Source: Fistulifera solaris (lineage: Eukaryota). From it: 64,000 nt of DNA. The notes beneath the pieces are model-generated. The model ran no database searches. It was not told the origin of the DNA and saw only the letters and a list, made by a program, of their open reading frames with translations. The stretch spans positions 496,001-560,000 of the forward strand of contig AP026133.1 of NCBI GenBank assembly GCA_030295235.1, given 5' to 3'. Of the stretch, positions 1 through 10,197 are shown one piece after another. The position numbers were made by a program, and so were the translations under genes. Within the stretch, counting starts at the first letter, position 1, and each line of letters opens with the position of its first letter.

Positions 1-383
1 GTGACAAATTCCATGTCTGGCGCTACAATGGTCTTGAAAAGACGTCGGGATAAACCTCCTGTACGATAAAATAAATACCACAATGCCTCTTCATTTTCAT
101 TGAGCGCCACGTAGCGTTCATCGTTCAGAAGATTGACAAGCGAAGTACCGTGCACGTAAAGTCCCACCACGGCCCAGATCAAGCTATCCAACGGCAAGCC
201 ATCGGCTTGACTGTCACCCCAAAGAGGCGAACCGAGTAATGAATTGATAAGAAGCATCATATAAGCAGCAAAGAGGAAGAGTCGAATGACCAGCAAATCA
301 CCGTGCATGCCAGAAAGAGTGAAAAACAAGCTTGCGAGCTGCATCCATATCGACAGCGGCGTGTAAATGGATTTTGCCGTCAT
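1..383 (-). CDS. Popeye (POPDC/BVES)-like membrane protein, N-terminal part; runs off the window start
   Basis: Not in the ORF track. Manual translation from ATG 383 is open to base 1: MTAKSIYTPLSIWMQLASLFFTLSGMHGDLLVIRLFLFAAYMMLLINSLLGSPLWG...LDSLIWAVVGLYVHGTSLVNLLNDERYVALNENEEALWYLFYRTGGLSRRLFKTIV. Three TM segments followed by an ERxVxL..EEALW..FY..LSxxxF segment resemble the Popeye N-terminal region. Confidence 0.6.
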   Translation of the reverse strand, partial: MTAKSIYTPLSIWMQLASLFFTLSGMHGDLLVIRLFLFAAYMMLLINSLLGSPLWGDSQADGLPLDSLIWAVVGLYVHGTSLVNLLNDERYVALNENEEALWYLFYRTGGLSRRLFKTIVAPDMEFV

Positions 384-580
384 TTCTCCTCAATCGGTAT
401 GATTATTACGATGCCAATTTTTTGACCTACTTAGAAGGTACTTGCTCTCATTATTTTTGTTCAAATTCTGCGTCGCTTTGATTCCATTATTTGTTCATCA
501 TCACGCAAAGATCCCCACCAGCAAGAAGGGATAAGGTTCGCGTTACGGGGATATTACGGTACGACTTCTCCTTTTCAAAA

Positions 581-621
581 GGGAACCCTTAAATATCCCT
601 CATCGTCTGTCCTCATCCAGT
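581..621 (+). repeat. Left terminal inverted repeat, 41 bp
   Basis: gggaacccttaaatatccctcatcgtctgtcctcatccagt is the exact reverse complement of 3263-3303. Confidence 0.95.
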
Positions 622-949
622 CCAGTCGACACCCATGTGACGTCATATACTCCACGTGTAAGAATGTTTTCGCCTCCTTCCTATCCACAAATCGATGTCA
701 CATTTTACGTTTCCGGTATATAAGATTAACCATCTTTAACGGTTAATCGAAGTTCTTAGGCGTTTGCCTATTTCCGCGTACTGGGTTGCGGTACATGAGA
801 AATGAGAAATGACAACATTGACAACGCCACGCCACTTCAAACCAAAAAGATGCTTAACCAATAAGTCGTTATCAATCACTTTCAATTTTAACTACGCATA
901 GAAGTTTGGAAATGAATGCACTAGCTCAGGCCGAGTTCCTTGCTCTCTG

Positions 950-2915
950 ACGCTTTTCTTGATTGTTGGAAAGGACGGTTCTAATAAAACATTCACATGC
1001 TTGAAGGCATTCCTTCCGAGTGAAAGCACTTGGGTCTACCACTGGTTGTGGTCTACTGCGTTGCCGACATTACATCTCAAAGCAGCTCTTTTTCTGTAAT
1101 CGCCTGGTGCTCACTGATGGTGATAGCTGCATGTATTTGCCGCTCCAACGTGCCATCAAGAGTGGTGTCCTTCCAAACTCTCAGTTCTTTCTCTGCGCGT
1201 GGCACAAAATTGATAGGGGAATGATTGGGAACAAGCTATCAAAGCCAAAACTCTCACATTTATCTGAACTTTTTATCAAATTGTTCAGAAGTGGCTATGG
1301 TCGTGGACGGACAACATCGAGAGCTATCGGGAATACACGGCGCCTCTTGGTCTGTTTTGGCAGTTCCTTGAAATAGAAGAAGTCAAGCGTGGTTTGGGTG
1401 ATGACTTCATTAATAATCTTAAAAAGTACTACAAAACAAGTGTCGAACCATTCCGAAAGGAGATTACGTTTTATCGTCGAATGTCTTTGCGGTGTGGAAA
1501 TGTAAGGACTACAAATTCAGTGGAGACAGAGAATGCTTGTTTAAAGAAATCGGCAGGAGGGGCAAGACCACAGGACAATATTCACAAATCGGCAACCGCT
1601 TTGAATCAAGTACAAAACAATCGCATTGGCGAGAAGAACCGTGACTGTGCCGCTCGAATGGAGATGAGTCCAACGGATGATTTGTACAACATGTTGACTG
1701 GAGTCACGACGCATGCAATAAGTTTGTGTGCAGCTCAATGGGAATCGCGAAATGACTACGGGCGTTTACCAGCACGACAGAGACTGCTTTTTTGTCAAAA
1801 GAAAGGTATACAAAGATTACTCAAGAGAGCTGCTTCGATGACGGAGGTGCGTATTACAAGCACATAGTTCCGCCATTTGCAAGGACTCGCGTTGTCAAGG
1901 TAGTAACTAAGGGATCAAACTACTCATTGAAGTGCAGCTGCAAAGAATGGGAGCGATCAGGATTACCTTGCCGCCATACATGGAGACTGGTTGATCGAAA
2001 GCCTACCATCAATGATGTAGCAGTACGGTATCACTACCTTTACCACTACTATTATCTCAGGGACCCGTCTTACACGCAGTTTTACAACGTGGCTATGGAA
2101 AACGAGCCTCTCGGGCTACAAGTAGAGCTGGACGACATCTTGCAGCTTCAAAAGGGGTCAGCTACTTTTCGGAGACAAGTTGTTCTATACAAAAACTTTG
2201 CCTGGAAAATCTCCTTCTGTACCAGATTCACATTATTGGAATACACTTTTGTTTGGCGTTGTGCAGATTGAGGACGGAAATTCTGGTGCAAGAAGGAGCT
2301 TACAGCCATCTTTTCTCGATCGTGAAACACATCTATCGCAAGAATCATTGGTTGCCTTTGAAGATTGCTGTCTTTCTGTGGGATCCGAGACATCATTAGA
2401 GGGCTCCGAATATGATTATGCCAGAGGCGATGACTGTTTGAGCGATGGAGAAGAAAATAGCAATGAAAACAGTAATGATGAGAGTGACGATGGCAATGGC
2501 GGTCCAGTTCCGGATCCAGATAGTGATTACGAACAAGTGGTAGATGACTCCTTTCTGGAAAGTCTAGGCTTGACAAGAGAGGACGCATCATCCGAGTACC
2601 AACGATGGGGCGAATCCTAAATCTTCGGCTTACCAAAACTTCCGATCACTTTGGGATCAGTTGTGTGAGGTTGCCGATGATTCATTCCAAGCTACTCTTC
2701 TTGTGCGCAGCTCTTTAGAGACGGTACTGACCCAATCACGCCATGTGCGACAAAAAGATCCCTCTAGGAAAAATAAACCCAATTTTGCCGATGTCAACAC
2801 AGGCTCTGTGGTGTCTTCTCATCCGGAAGTAGATAAAAGGAAAAAGGCAAAGAGACTTTCATCTAACCCGCTAAGCCCCGGAAATGAAAGAAGAACCAAA
2901 AGTAAAAAGAAATAA
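950..2915 (+). pseudogene. MULE transposase remnant with SWIM zinc finger (frameshifted, N-terminus missing)
   Basis: Across frames: LFLIVGKDGSNKTFTCLKAFLPSESTWVYHWLW, LVLTDGD, LCAWH (CxxH), TTNSVETEN and SWIM CSCKEWERSGLPCRH, then an acidic/basic tail. Confidence 0.85.
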
Positions 2916-3127
2916 GCATTGAAGTAGCATCATTCTCATATTTCTCTTTAAATATTGTTGAGCCGAAAGTTGATGATGACTTCATCGATAGACTTTCATC
3001 TAACCCGCTAAGCCCGGAAATGAAAGAAGAACCAAAAGTAAAAAGAAATAAGCATTGAAGTAGCATCATTCTCATATTTCTCTTTAAATATTGTTGAGCA
3101 AAAGTTGATGATGACTTCATCGATAGA
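2852..3127. repeat. Tandem duplication of ~138 bp (2 copies) over the transposase 3' end
   Basis: agactttcatctaacccgctaagccc...gatgatgacttcatcgat occurs twice (~2852-2989, ~2990-3127) with only a few differences. Confidence 0.9.
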
Positions 3128-3262
3128 TCTTATTATGGGGGGCACATAATCCTCCGACTTAGACGAAAAGCAAGGTGTTCATGTGCGTCCGTTGAGCTGG
3201 TCAGGCCGGCGTGGAGTGATCGACGGAAAGACAGTTTTCACCTGGTGATGGACAGACTATCA

Positions 3263-3303
3263 ACTGGATGAGGACAGACGATGAGGGATATTTAAGGGTT
3301 CCC
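3263..3303 (-). repeat. Right terminal inverted repeat, 41 bp
   Basis: actggatgaggacagacgatgagggatatttaagggttccc. Confidence 0.95.
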
Positions 3304-3447
3304 ATGCGAGATGCGAGATGCGAGCTGTTCTCATATCCAACATCCAACACAGAAAGTCGCAGAGAAACGGTTCGCAACTTCGAAACTCCATGGGTCTTCG
3401 TCACATTTTGCGTTTCAAGTCACACAAAAACACAATCACTTTGAAGA

Positions 3448-4107
3448 ATGCCTTTATTATTGTGGAAACAAATTAGAAGGGTACCAGCATCAAACATCAC
3501 CAAAATGTCCTTTTCTTCCGGTAATCCTCAACATGATCTACGTCCCGAATGGACTACTCCCAAGAAGGAGGGCGACAAGGTGCCCGATGTCCACTTTGTG
3601 ACGCGAGTTCGCGAAAACGACCACTATGAATGGAAGACCGTAACGACGTCTCACTACTGCGCCGGCAAACGCATCGTCATTTTCGCGCTTCCTGGAGCTT
3701 TCACACCTACATGCAGCACTTCGCATTTGCCCGGATATCATGAGAAGTACGAGGAGATCAAAAGTCAAGGCATTGATGAGGTGTACTGCCTATCCGTGAA
3801 CGATGCCTTTGTGATGCGCAAGTGGGCCCTTTCGCTCGGTTTGAAAGAAGAAAATGGTATCTTTACCACAGTCAAGTTGATTCCGGATGGAGCCTGTGCG
3901 TTCACCCGCGGTATGGGCATGTCCAATGTTTGGTCGATGGAGCGTGGCTTTGGTGAGCGATCGTGGCGTTATAGTATGGTGGTGAAAGATTGTGTCATCG
4001 AGAAGATGTTTGTGGAGCCGGGAAGGCAGCAGAATTCGGGCCCGGATCCTTTCGAAGTGAGCGACGCCGATACTATGCTCAACTATCTCAAGTCTACCAG
4101 CTCGTAA
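3448..4107 (+). CDS. Peroxiredoxin, Prx5/type II (redoxin family), possible mitochondrial presequence
   Basis: LPGAFTPTCSTSHLPGY, VYCLSVNDAFVM, GFGERSWRYSMVV, DPFEVSDADTMLNYL; basic N-terminal extension. Confidence 0.92.
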   Translation: MPLLLWKQIRRVPASNITKMSFSSGNPQHDLRPEWTTPKKEGDKVPDVHFVTRVRENDHYEWKTVTTSHYCAGKRIVIFALPGAFTPTCSTSHLPGYHEKYEEIKSQGIDEVYCLSVNDAFVMRKWALSLGLKEENGIFTTVKLIPDGACAFTRGMGMSNVWSMERGFGERSWRYSMVVKDCVIEKMFVEPGRQQNSGPDPFEVSDADTMLNYLKSTSS

Positions 4108-4519
4108 GTCCTGTAGAGTAAAGAGCCGCTGAGACGAAGCGTCACGAAGCTGGCGGAGTGTTTTATGTTTGAACAAACTACACGATTTTCAATGTACTTC
4201 ATATTTTTAATCAAGCTAGATTAATCTGGTAAGATCAAATAGTCTGCACCATCGATTGATTTTTATGTTTTAATTGTGTAAGATTCGTTGCATTTCATTT
4301 ATTAGGTTAGTTCAGGACTGAATTTCAGGCGTGTCACATCAAGTCACCACTTGTTACAGGACAGTACTGGAATCGGTCGGTTTTCTCAAAGCGCTCCAGC
4401 AAAATTAGTTGAAAGTTGAAAGCAGACGCATCGATTGCTATTATTTCGAGGTCGTTTTCCGTCCGGGACTGGATTTTAATTGAGTCGGAAATTTGTCAAC
4501 CCTACACTTTATACGATAG

Positions 4520-5047
4520 TGGTCTCGGATTCTCACGACTGTCCTTCTATCCTATCCTCTAATATTAGCCATTGCATGCCCAAGTGCCACCTGGAACCTC
4601 GATCCAACGAAAAACGAGACAAAAAAAACGTTCACGCCGACATGCAGTGCTTCGCATTTACCCGGGTATCATACCAATTATGCCGATATCAGACAAACCG
4701 GTGTTGATGAAGTATATTGTCTGTCTGTAAACGACGCCTTTGTAATGCGACAATGGGGACTGGCGATGGATCTGACCGAAGAGAATGGTGACTTTACTAC
4801 CGTTAAGATGATTCCCGATGGTGCCGCTGCTTTCACTCGCGGCATGGGCATGTCCACCGTTTGGTCGTCCGAGCGTGGTTTCGGTGAACGCTCATGGCGC
4901 TACAGCATGGTGGTGAAGGATTGCGTCATTGAAAAGATGTTTGTAGAACAACCGATGTTGCAAAACTCAGGTCCTGATCCTTACGAAGTTAGTGATGCCG
5001 AAACAATGCTCCGGTATCTAAAATCGAACGGCTTAGACGAGTTGTAG
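4520..5047 (+). pseudogene. Second Prx5 paralogue with signal-peptide-like N-terminus and C-terminal -DEL; internal segment missing
   Basis: One open frame 4520-5047: WSRILTTVLLSYPLILAIACPSATWNLDPTKNETKKT-FTPTCSASHLPGY...RYLKSNGLDEL. About 45 aa present in copy 1 (EGDKVP...LPGA) are absent, and there is no in-frame ATG upstream of the catalytic Cys. Confidence 0.7.
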
Positions 5048-5164
5048 AATGAATAAAAAATTTGAATTAGGTAATTAGTTAATATGCTCTCCTATTACCT
5101 GCTTCTGGTGTTTCAAAGTGTTTATTAAGTCGATAGCTGCCAAGCTGGCGGTGAAGTTTCTCAC

Positions 5165-5728
5165 TTTAAAAAGGATAGTTGTTAATCTTGTAAGATATAG
5201 AGCGCTGCAATGAAGTTGGACTTTGTCCTGACGACTCACTTGCTTCAGTCGCGTCGACCGAACTATCGTCAGGCAATGTTGCTTCTGCAGTAACTCAACG
5301 CTTCTTCGACGGAACATTGGGAGGATGATATATTTGAAGGTTGCCTAACGACGGGAAGCCACGCGCGGGTATATTCCCTTTCCGGATGCGACGCCCGTTG
5401 TAGTCAAACTTGTCATCCAGGCGGTCCAATCGTTGCGCCAATTCAGTGATCCCAGCCTCCCGATGCGATTTCTTAAAATGAGATGCCGTAAAGCAGTGGG
5501 ATGAAAGGCTTTCTTCACTTAATGCACTCATTCCTTACTTTGTGCTCCTCTCCTGTACCTTCTATCTTTCCGATTAGTTTTGCAGAGGAAGCAATACGCG
5601 CCGGATGTTGACGTTTCCACGATGTAGCAAATGTCTTCGAGGGCAATGACGTCGGGCATGGTACGGATGGGATCGATCTCTTGCTGAAGTTCCGACTCTG
5701 TTGCTTTACCTCGTTTTGGGGAGCTCAT
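5165..5728 (-). pseudogene. Disrupted small gene with a possible U1/matrin-type zinc finger
   Basis: Joining ORFs 5528-5728 and 5295-5531 gives CFLCK...LSSHCFTASH (C-x2-C...H-x5-H). The frame continues past an in-frame TGA at ~5295. Confidence 0.3.
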
Positions 5729-6251
5729 TTGTCTCTTTCACGAGTTTTATGGGCAACCGTTATCTGGTATCCATATTGTTCACGTTTCTGGTTCCTGGTT
5801 TTAACTTTGCCGTTCATCATCATCTTTTCGTGCGGATGACCTCATCTTTTTTGCGGCATTTTTGAAATAATAATGAAGGCAGAATGCAAGCCGGCCATTA
5901 TGGATACTTAGGACATTCAGATTTATACTCGGAGTACTACCTATTTAATTAGAGTGCACCACCAAGGAGTGTAAAGTGGTTCACGGTGCGATTGTTTGGA
6001 GAGTCACGCGACATTTCTTGGGACTTTACTCTATCAGGTCTCGCTACTCAACCCTACATTCTGAGTACCGGTAGCGTATTGATACTCTGCGGAGCGCCCC
6101 TCGGACGAGGAACTACAACCGCATGTTGTCGCGACGTGTGTGTGCGCACTTGAACTAAATTCTTTGCTGTCGTTAATGAGAGGTTCATCCTTTTATACAA
6201 CTAAAACAAATATTTGATCTTATTCAGCTACGCAAATAACAAGTAGTCAAT

Positions 6252-8419
6252 ATGCTTTGGCGATCAGCGTACGTCGCGACTCTTTCTGTTGGTATCTGTA
6301 CGAGCACAAGCTCTGCCTTTGCCCCCGTTCACGTTGACAAGCGGTCACCGCAGAAAGTGCCTCGGATCAACGAACTCTCTGTCAGCGGACTCGGATGGGA
6401 CAACGATGATTTCCTCGACTCGCTTTCAAAAGGAAAGGATGCGCAAGCACAAGCGAATGAGCGCTATCGATCTATGAGTCGTTTTCCAATGGAAGATGAT
6501 TTGGACCAGGAAATGACTGCCGGCGCCGAGCTCACCGAAGAAATGAAAGCAAAAATCAAAGCTTCTCGTGAAACAGAGGAGTCATCCCAAGGCGGTGAAA
6601 TGTTCCGAAAACTTATGGAGCGAGCACAAGAAAACAGTCGCCCCATGCCTCCATCTCGCGCCCCTCAGACGCAAACACCGAGTTTCGAAAACATGTCGGT
6701 AGAGGAACAAGCACGCATGTTCCGTGAAATGATGCAACAGCAACAACAAAGTGGCTATTATCCGCCACCGCAGCAAACCTACGAGCCTCCTCAGGTCACG
6801 AGAAATTATATGGGCCCAGGTGTTGCGGAAGACGGCCGAAAAATCGGACGCAATCGAGACGCCGACGCGATTGTTAACAGTGCGGATCTCTATTTTGCTC
6901 AACTGAAGCGCGACTCTTCGGTTCGCAACATGGCGCGATACTCAGGTGATGACGAATTCGCGAATCAGGTGTTTGCCGATCCGAGTATCAAGGAAATCTC
7001 GATGCATGTAAATCCATACATGGAAAAGAAAAAGCTGCTGGTAGACACTTCTCCTGATGAAATGATTCTACCAACGATGTTTGTAGATGATAGACAAGAA
7101 CAAGATGAATCGTATGCTGGTATCAGCTACAAAGAAAGAATGATGCAAAAACGCAACAAGAAATTGGGAATACCAACAGAAACAACAACCAGTGCACCGT
7201 CTTCTCCTGCACCAGCTGCTGCATCAGAACCGCCAAAAGTGGTACCTCTCCCCACGCCTGTAGCGCTTAACGAAGAACCTTTTGTTTCGTTTTCTCCTCC
7301 ACCACCACCAAAGGTGGAATCTGAAGTAGCACCGGAACCTGTGCGAGAAGTACCTGGCGCGCCCCGTCCGGCGCCCAGGGTTCCGCAGGTTACAGGTGAC
7401 TTTCACAAAGACACACGTACACTGATGGGTTTAACGTTGAAGCACAGAGGAGGCCCGGGATTCGGATCTGGCAGATTGCGCGGCGAAGAGGTTCAACGAT
7501 ACGAAGAGCTAGCCAGCAATCTAATGAAAGCTCTTCAAAACGAACAGCCCGCTGTCGCCGCTGAAGTAAGCCAACAATCGATCATTCCACAGTCAACTGG
7601 TTCCCCGACGCAGCAAGAGATGAGCGAATTACCCGATCGCACAAACTCGATGGTATCACTTATCGAAGGCGCTGTTCAGCTTTACAAAAACAGTCCTCCC
7701 CAATTGCAAGAAAGCATGCTCGGAGCTGTTCGTGCAGCTCTGTCGTCGGCTGTGACGACTTGTAACGAAGTTCTTCAAAATGAAGAAAATCAAGTTTTCT
7801 CTCCGATGGGATCTTCATCGGCATCAAACAGCGATCGCGCTGCGTCGATGATAGCTTGTGTTGAAGGAGCTACTTTGATGTACAAGAATAGCCCGGTCGA
7901 ACTTCAAGCGGCTGTTCTACCCACACTCCGAACTGCGCTTCTTTCTGCCATTGCTTCTTGCGACGCCATTCTTGCGAACGATAAAGTCGAACAGGTTGCG
8001 GCAACACAGCAAACGTCTGCAACAGTACCAACAGCTACTCTTGAAGCACCTAGTATGGGTTTCGAGGAGAAATCAGACACTTCTTCTGTTAATGCTCCTG
8101 CTGCCGTCCTAGAACCCGCTTCTAACCTAAACACGGAAAACTCAAAGATTTTAGAAGATATCTATTTTAAGCTACAGAGAGCGAGCGGCTTTGGTAAAAT
8201 GGGTCTTCGGGATGACCTCTCTCCAGTCGAGGCCGACAACCTCGCCGAGGACTTGGTTCAAGTGAGACGCATCTTGGTGGACGAGCTCAACGATGTTCCA
8301 TCGCCATCATCATCACCTGAAGTGACAAGGCCCCCGATGATCCCTTGAATCCATCCATTTCAAAGTATCAGGAACTTCTTGCGAAAGCGAAAGCGTCAAA
8401 AGAAGCAAAAGATCAATAA
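6252..8419 (+). CDS. Plastid-targeted protein of unknown function (paralogue A)
   Basis: 698-aa ORF with signal peptide + SSA|FAP motif. A frameshift at ~8340 leads to a likely true end ...SKYQELLAKAKASKEAKDQ*. Confidence 0.8.
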
Positions 8420-8713
8420 ACATTAATGTTAAACATCTTTGTTTGTCTCTAGTCATTTCTAAATCATATCTAAAGTGGTGAAATCTTTCATGAAAAAATG
8501 CGATGAATGATGAATGATGAATTATGAACCAATCCATGTGATGAACTTCTCGACTAAGGTTAGCGAGATCGTGACGTGGAACCTCCGCGAGCTTCAATAG
8601 CGCGTTAGCGTTAGGCCTATCCTAACGCGTCATCCTCAAACGTACACCACCATTATTTTATCATCACCAAAAATAGTAATCGACCATTGCTAGAAGCCTT
8701 TTCTGCATTAAGT

Positions 8714-10039
8714 ATGCGCTTGCGTTTCCATCATGCTCTTCTGGGACTTGTAGGCGCGTCGCAACTCTTCCCAGGATGCGCCTTTTCCGAATTGCTACTT
8801 TACCGCTCACGATCCTCTCTTCGTGTCGCAAGCGCGGACGACGTTGAAGATCTGAGTGATGGCTACACCGATGGAGCGGAGCTGACTCCTGAAATGAAAG
8901 CCAAAATTAAAGAATCTCACACTTCGGAGGAAGAAGCCTCGCAGGGTGGCCAAATGTTTCGAAAAATGATGGAACGAGCTCAGCAAGGAGGAGGAATGAA
9001 TCATCGCCCACGCCCGCCTCCGCCCACGGTCCCGTTTCCCAATGCATCGATGCAAGCAACAAATTTTAACAACATGTCAGTTGAGGAACAAGCACGAATG
9101 TTCCGTGAAATGATGCAACGACAGCAGCAAGGAGGATACGCTCCACAGCCAACCTATCAGCCACCCCCACCTACTCCAAATTATCTGGGGGCAGGAGTAG
9201 CCCCCGATGGACGGAGGATCGGACGCAACCGAGATGCCGACGCGATTGTGAACAGTGCTGATTTGTATTTTGCCCAGCTGAAGCGTGATTCTTCGGTTCG
9301 AAACATGGCACGATATTCGGGCGATGAGGAGTACGCCAATCAGGTCTTTGCCGATCCCAGTATCAAAGAAATATCGATGCACGTGAACCCGTACATGGAA
9401 CAAGCGAAAAAGGAAAAAGATCTCGTCGAAACATCAATGGACGAAATGATTCTTCCTTATATGTTAGTTGAAGAGGAGAAACAAGACCCTACTTCTGCGG
9501 GTGTGAGGTACAAAGATTTGTTGAAGACCAAGCGCAAGAGAGCTTCCTCTGAGCCGACAAACAACAGGGACAGTCCCAATAGCAATTCTCGAGCTGCGAC
9601 ATCGGAACAAGCTGAGATCTCCGTCTTCACTCGTTCGGTCAACTCACCCACTACCTCAGCAGATGAACCCAAGGCCGCTACGTCTGAAAGGGAGTTCTCC
9701 GTTTCTGACAATATCAATTCATTAATCCTTGCCATTGACGGGGCGATCAAGGTTTACCACAACGTTGACATTTCCGCTCGGTCAGTCGCCCTAGTCTCCG
9801 TGAAAGAATTTCTCTCACATCTTGTGGCTCTCGCTGTCCAGAACGGAGCAACCAAGCAAGCGAAAGTACCTGTGCTCGAGGAAGAATCATTGATAAACAC
9901 CCTGGAAGCACTAGTTCTGACATTCAAAAACATTCAGCCCGAAGTGCGACTTACCATATTGCTTTCATCACAAGTACTGATGCAATCTGCACTGGTCTCT
10001 TGTGAATTTAGGCTTGGCAGTGTGGCGCAGCTCACGTAA
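8714..10039 (+). CDS. Plastid-targeted protein of unknown function (paralogue B)
   Basis: Signal peptide + GCA|FSE. Shares GAELTxEMKAKIK, NMSVEEQARMFREMMQ and IGRNRDADAIVNSADLYFAQLKRDSSVRNMARYSGD...SIKEISMHVNPYME with paralogue A. Confidence 0.8.
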   Translation: MRLRFHHALLGLVGASQLFPGCAFSELLLYRSRSSLRVASADDVEDLSDGYTDGAELTPEMKAKIKESHTSEEEASQGGQMFRKMMERAQQGGGMNHRPRPPPPTVPFPNASMQATNFNNMSVEEQARMFREMMQRQQQGGYAPQPTYQPPPPTPNYLGAGVAPDGRRIGRNRDADAIVNSADLYFAQLKRDSSVRNMARYSGDEEYANQVFADPSIKEISMHVNPYMEQAKKEKDLVETSMDEMILPYMLVEEEKQDPTSAGVRYKDLLKTKRKRASSEPTNNRDSPNSNSRAATSEQAEISVFTRSVNSPTTSADEPKAATSEREFSVSDNINSLILAIDGAIKVYHNVDISARSVALVSVKEFLSHLVALAVQNGATKQAKVPVLEEESLINTLEALVLTFKNIQPEVRLTILLSSQVLMQSALVSCEFRLGSVAQLT

Positions 10040-10197
10040 ATGCCAAACGAAAACATCGAGCCCCCAAGTAGAATAAATTAGAACTAGTAGGTAAATTATC
10101 TGGCAAACCAGAATACTACAGCGTTAAGCTAATAGCAAAACATAGCTGCATGATTTACGATTTCGTAAATTAGTTTCCCTAATTATTTGGTTTTGAC

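Larger units (their letters stand above)
581..3303 (+). mobile_element. Mutator-like (MULE/MuDR) DNA transposon, internally deleted/degenerate
   Basis: Perfect 41-bp terminal inverted repeats (581-621 and 3263-3303) enclose transposase remnants. Confidence 0.9.

Noticed and set aside
571..580. Target-site duplication for the MULE
   Set aside because: The left and right flanks share no direct repeat.
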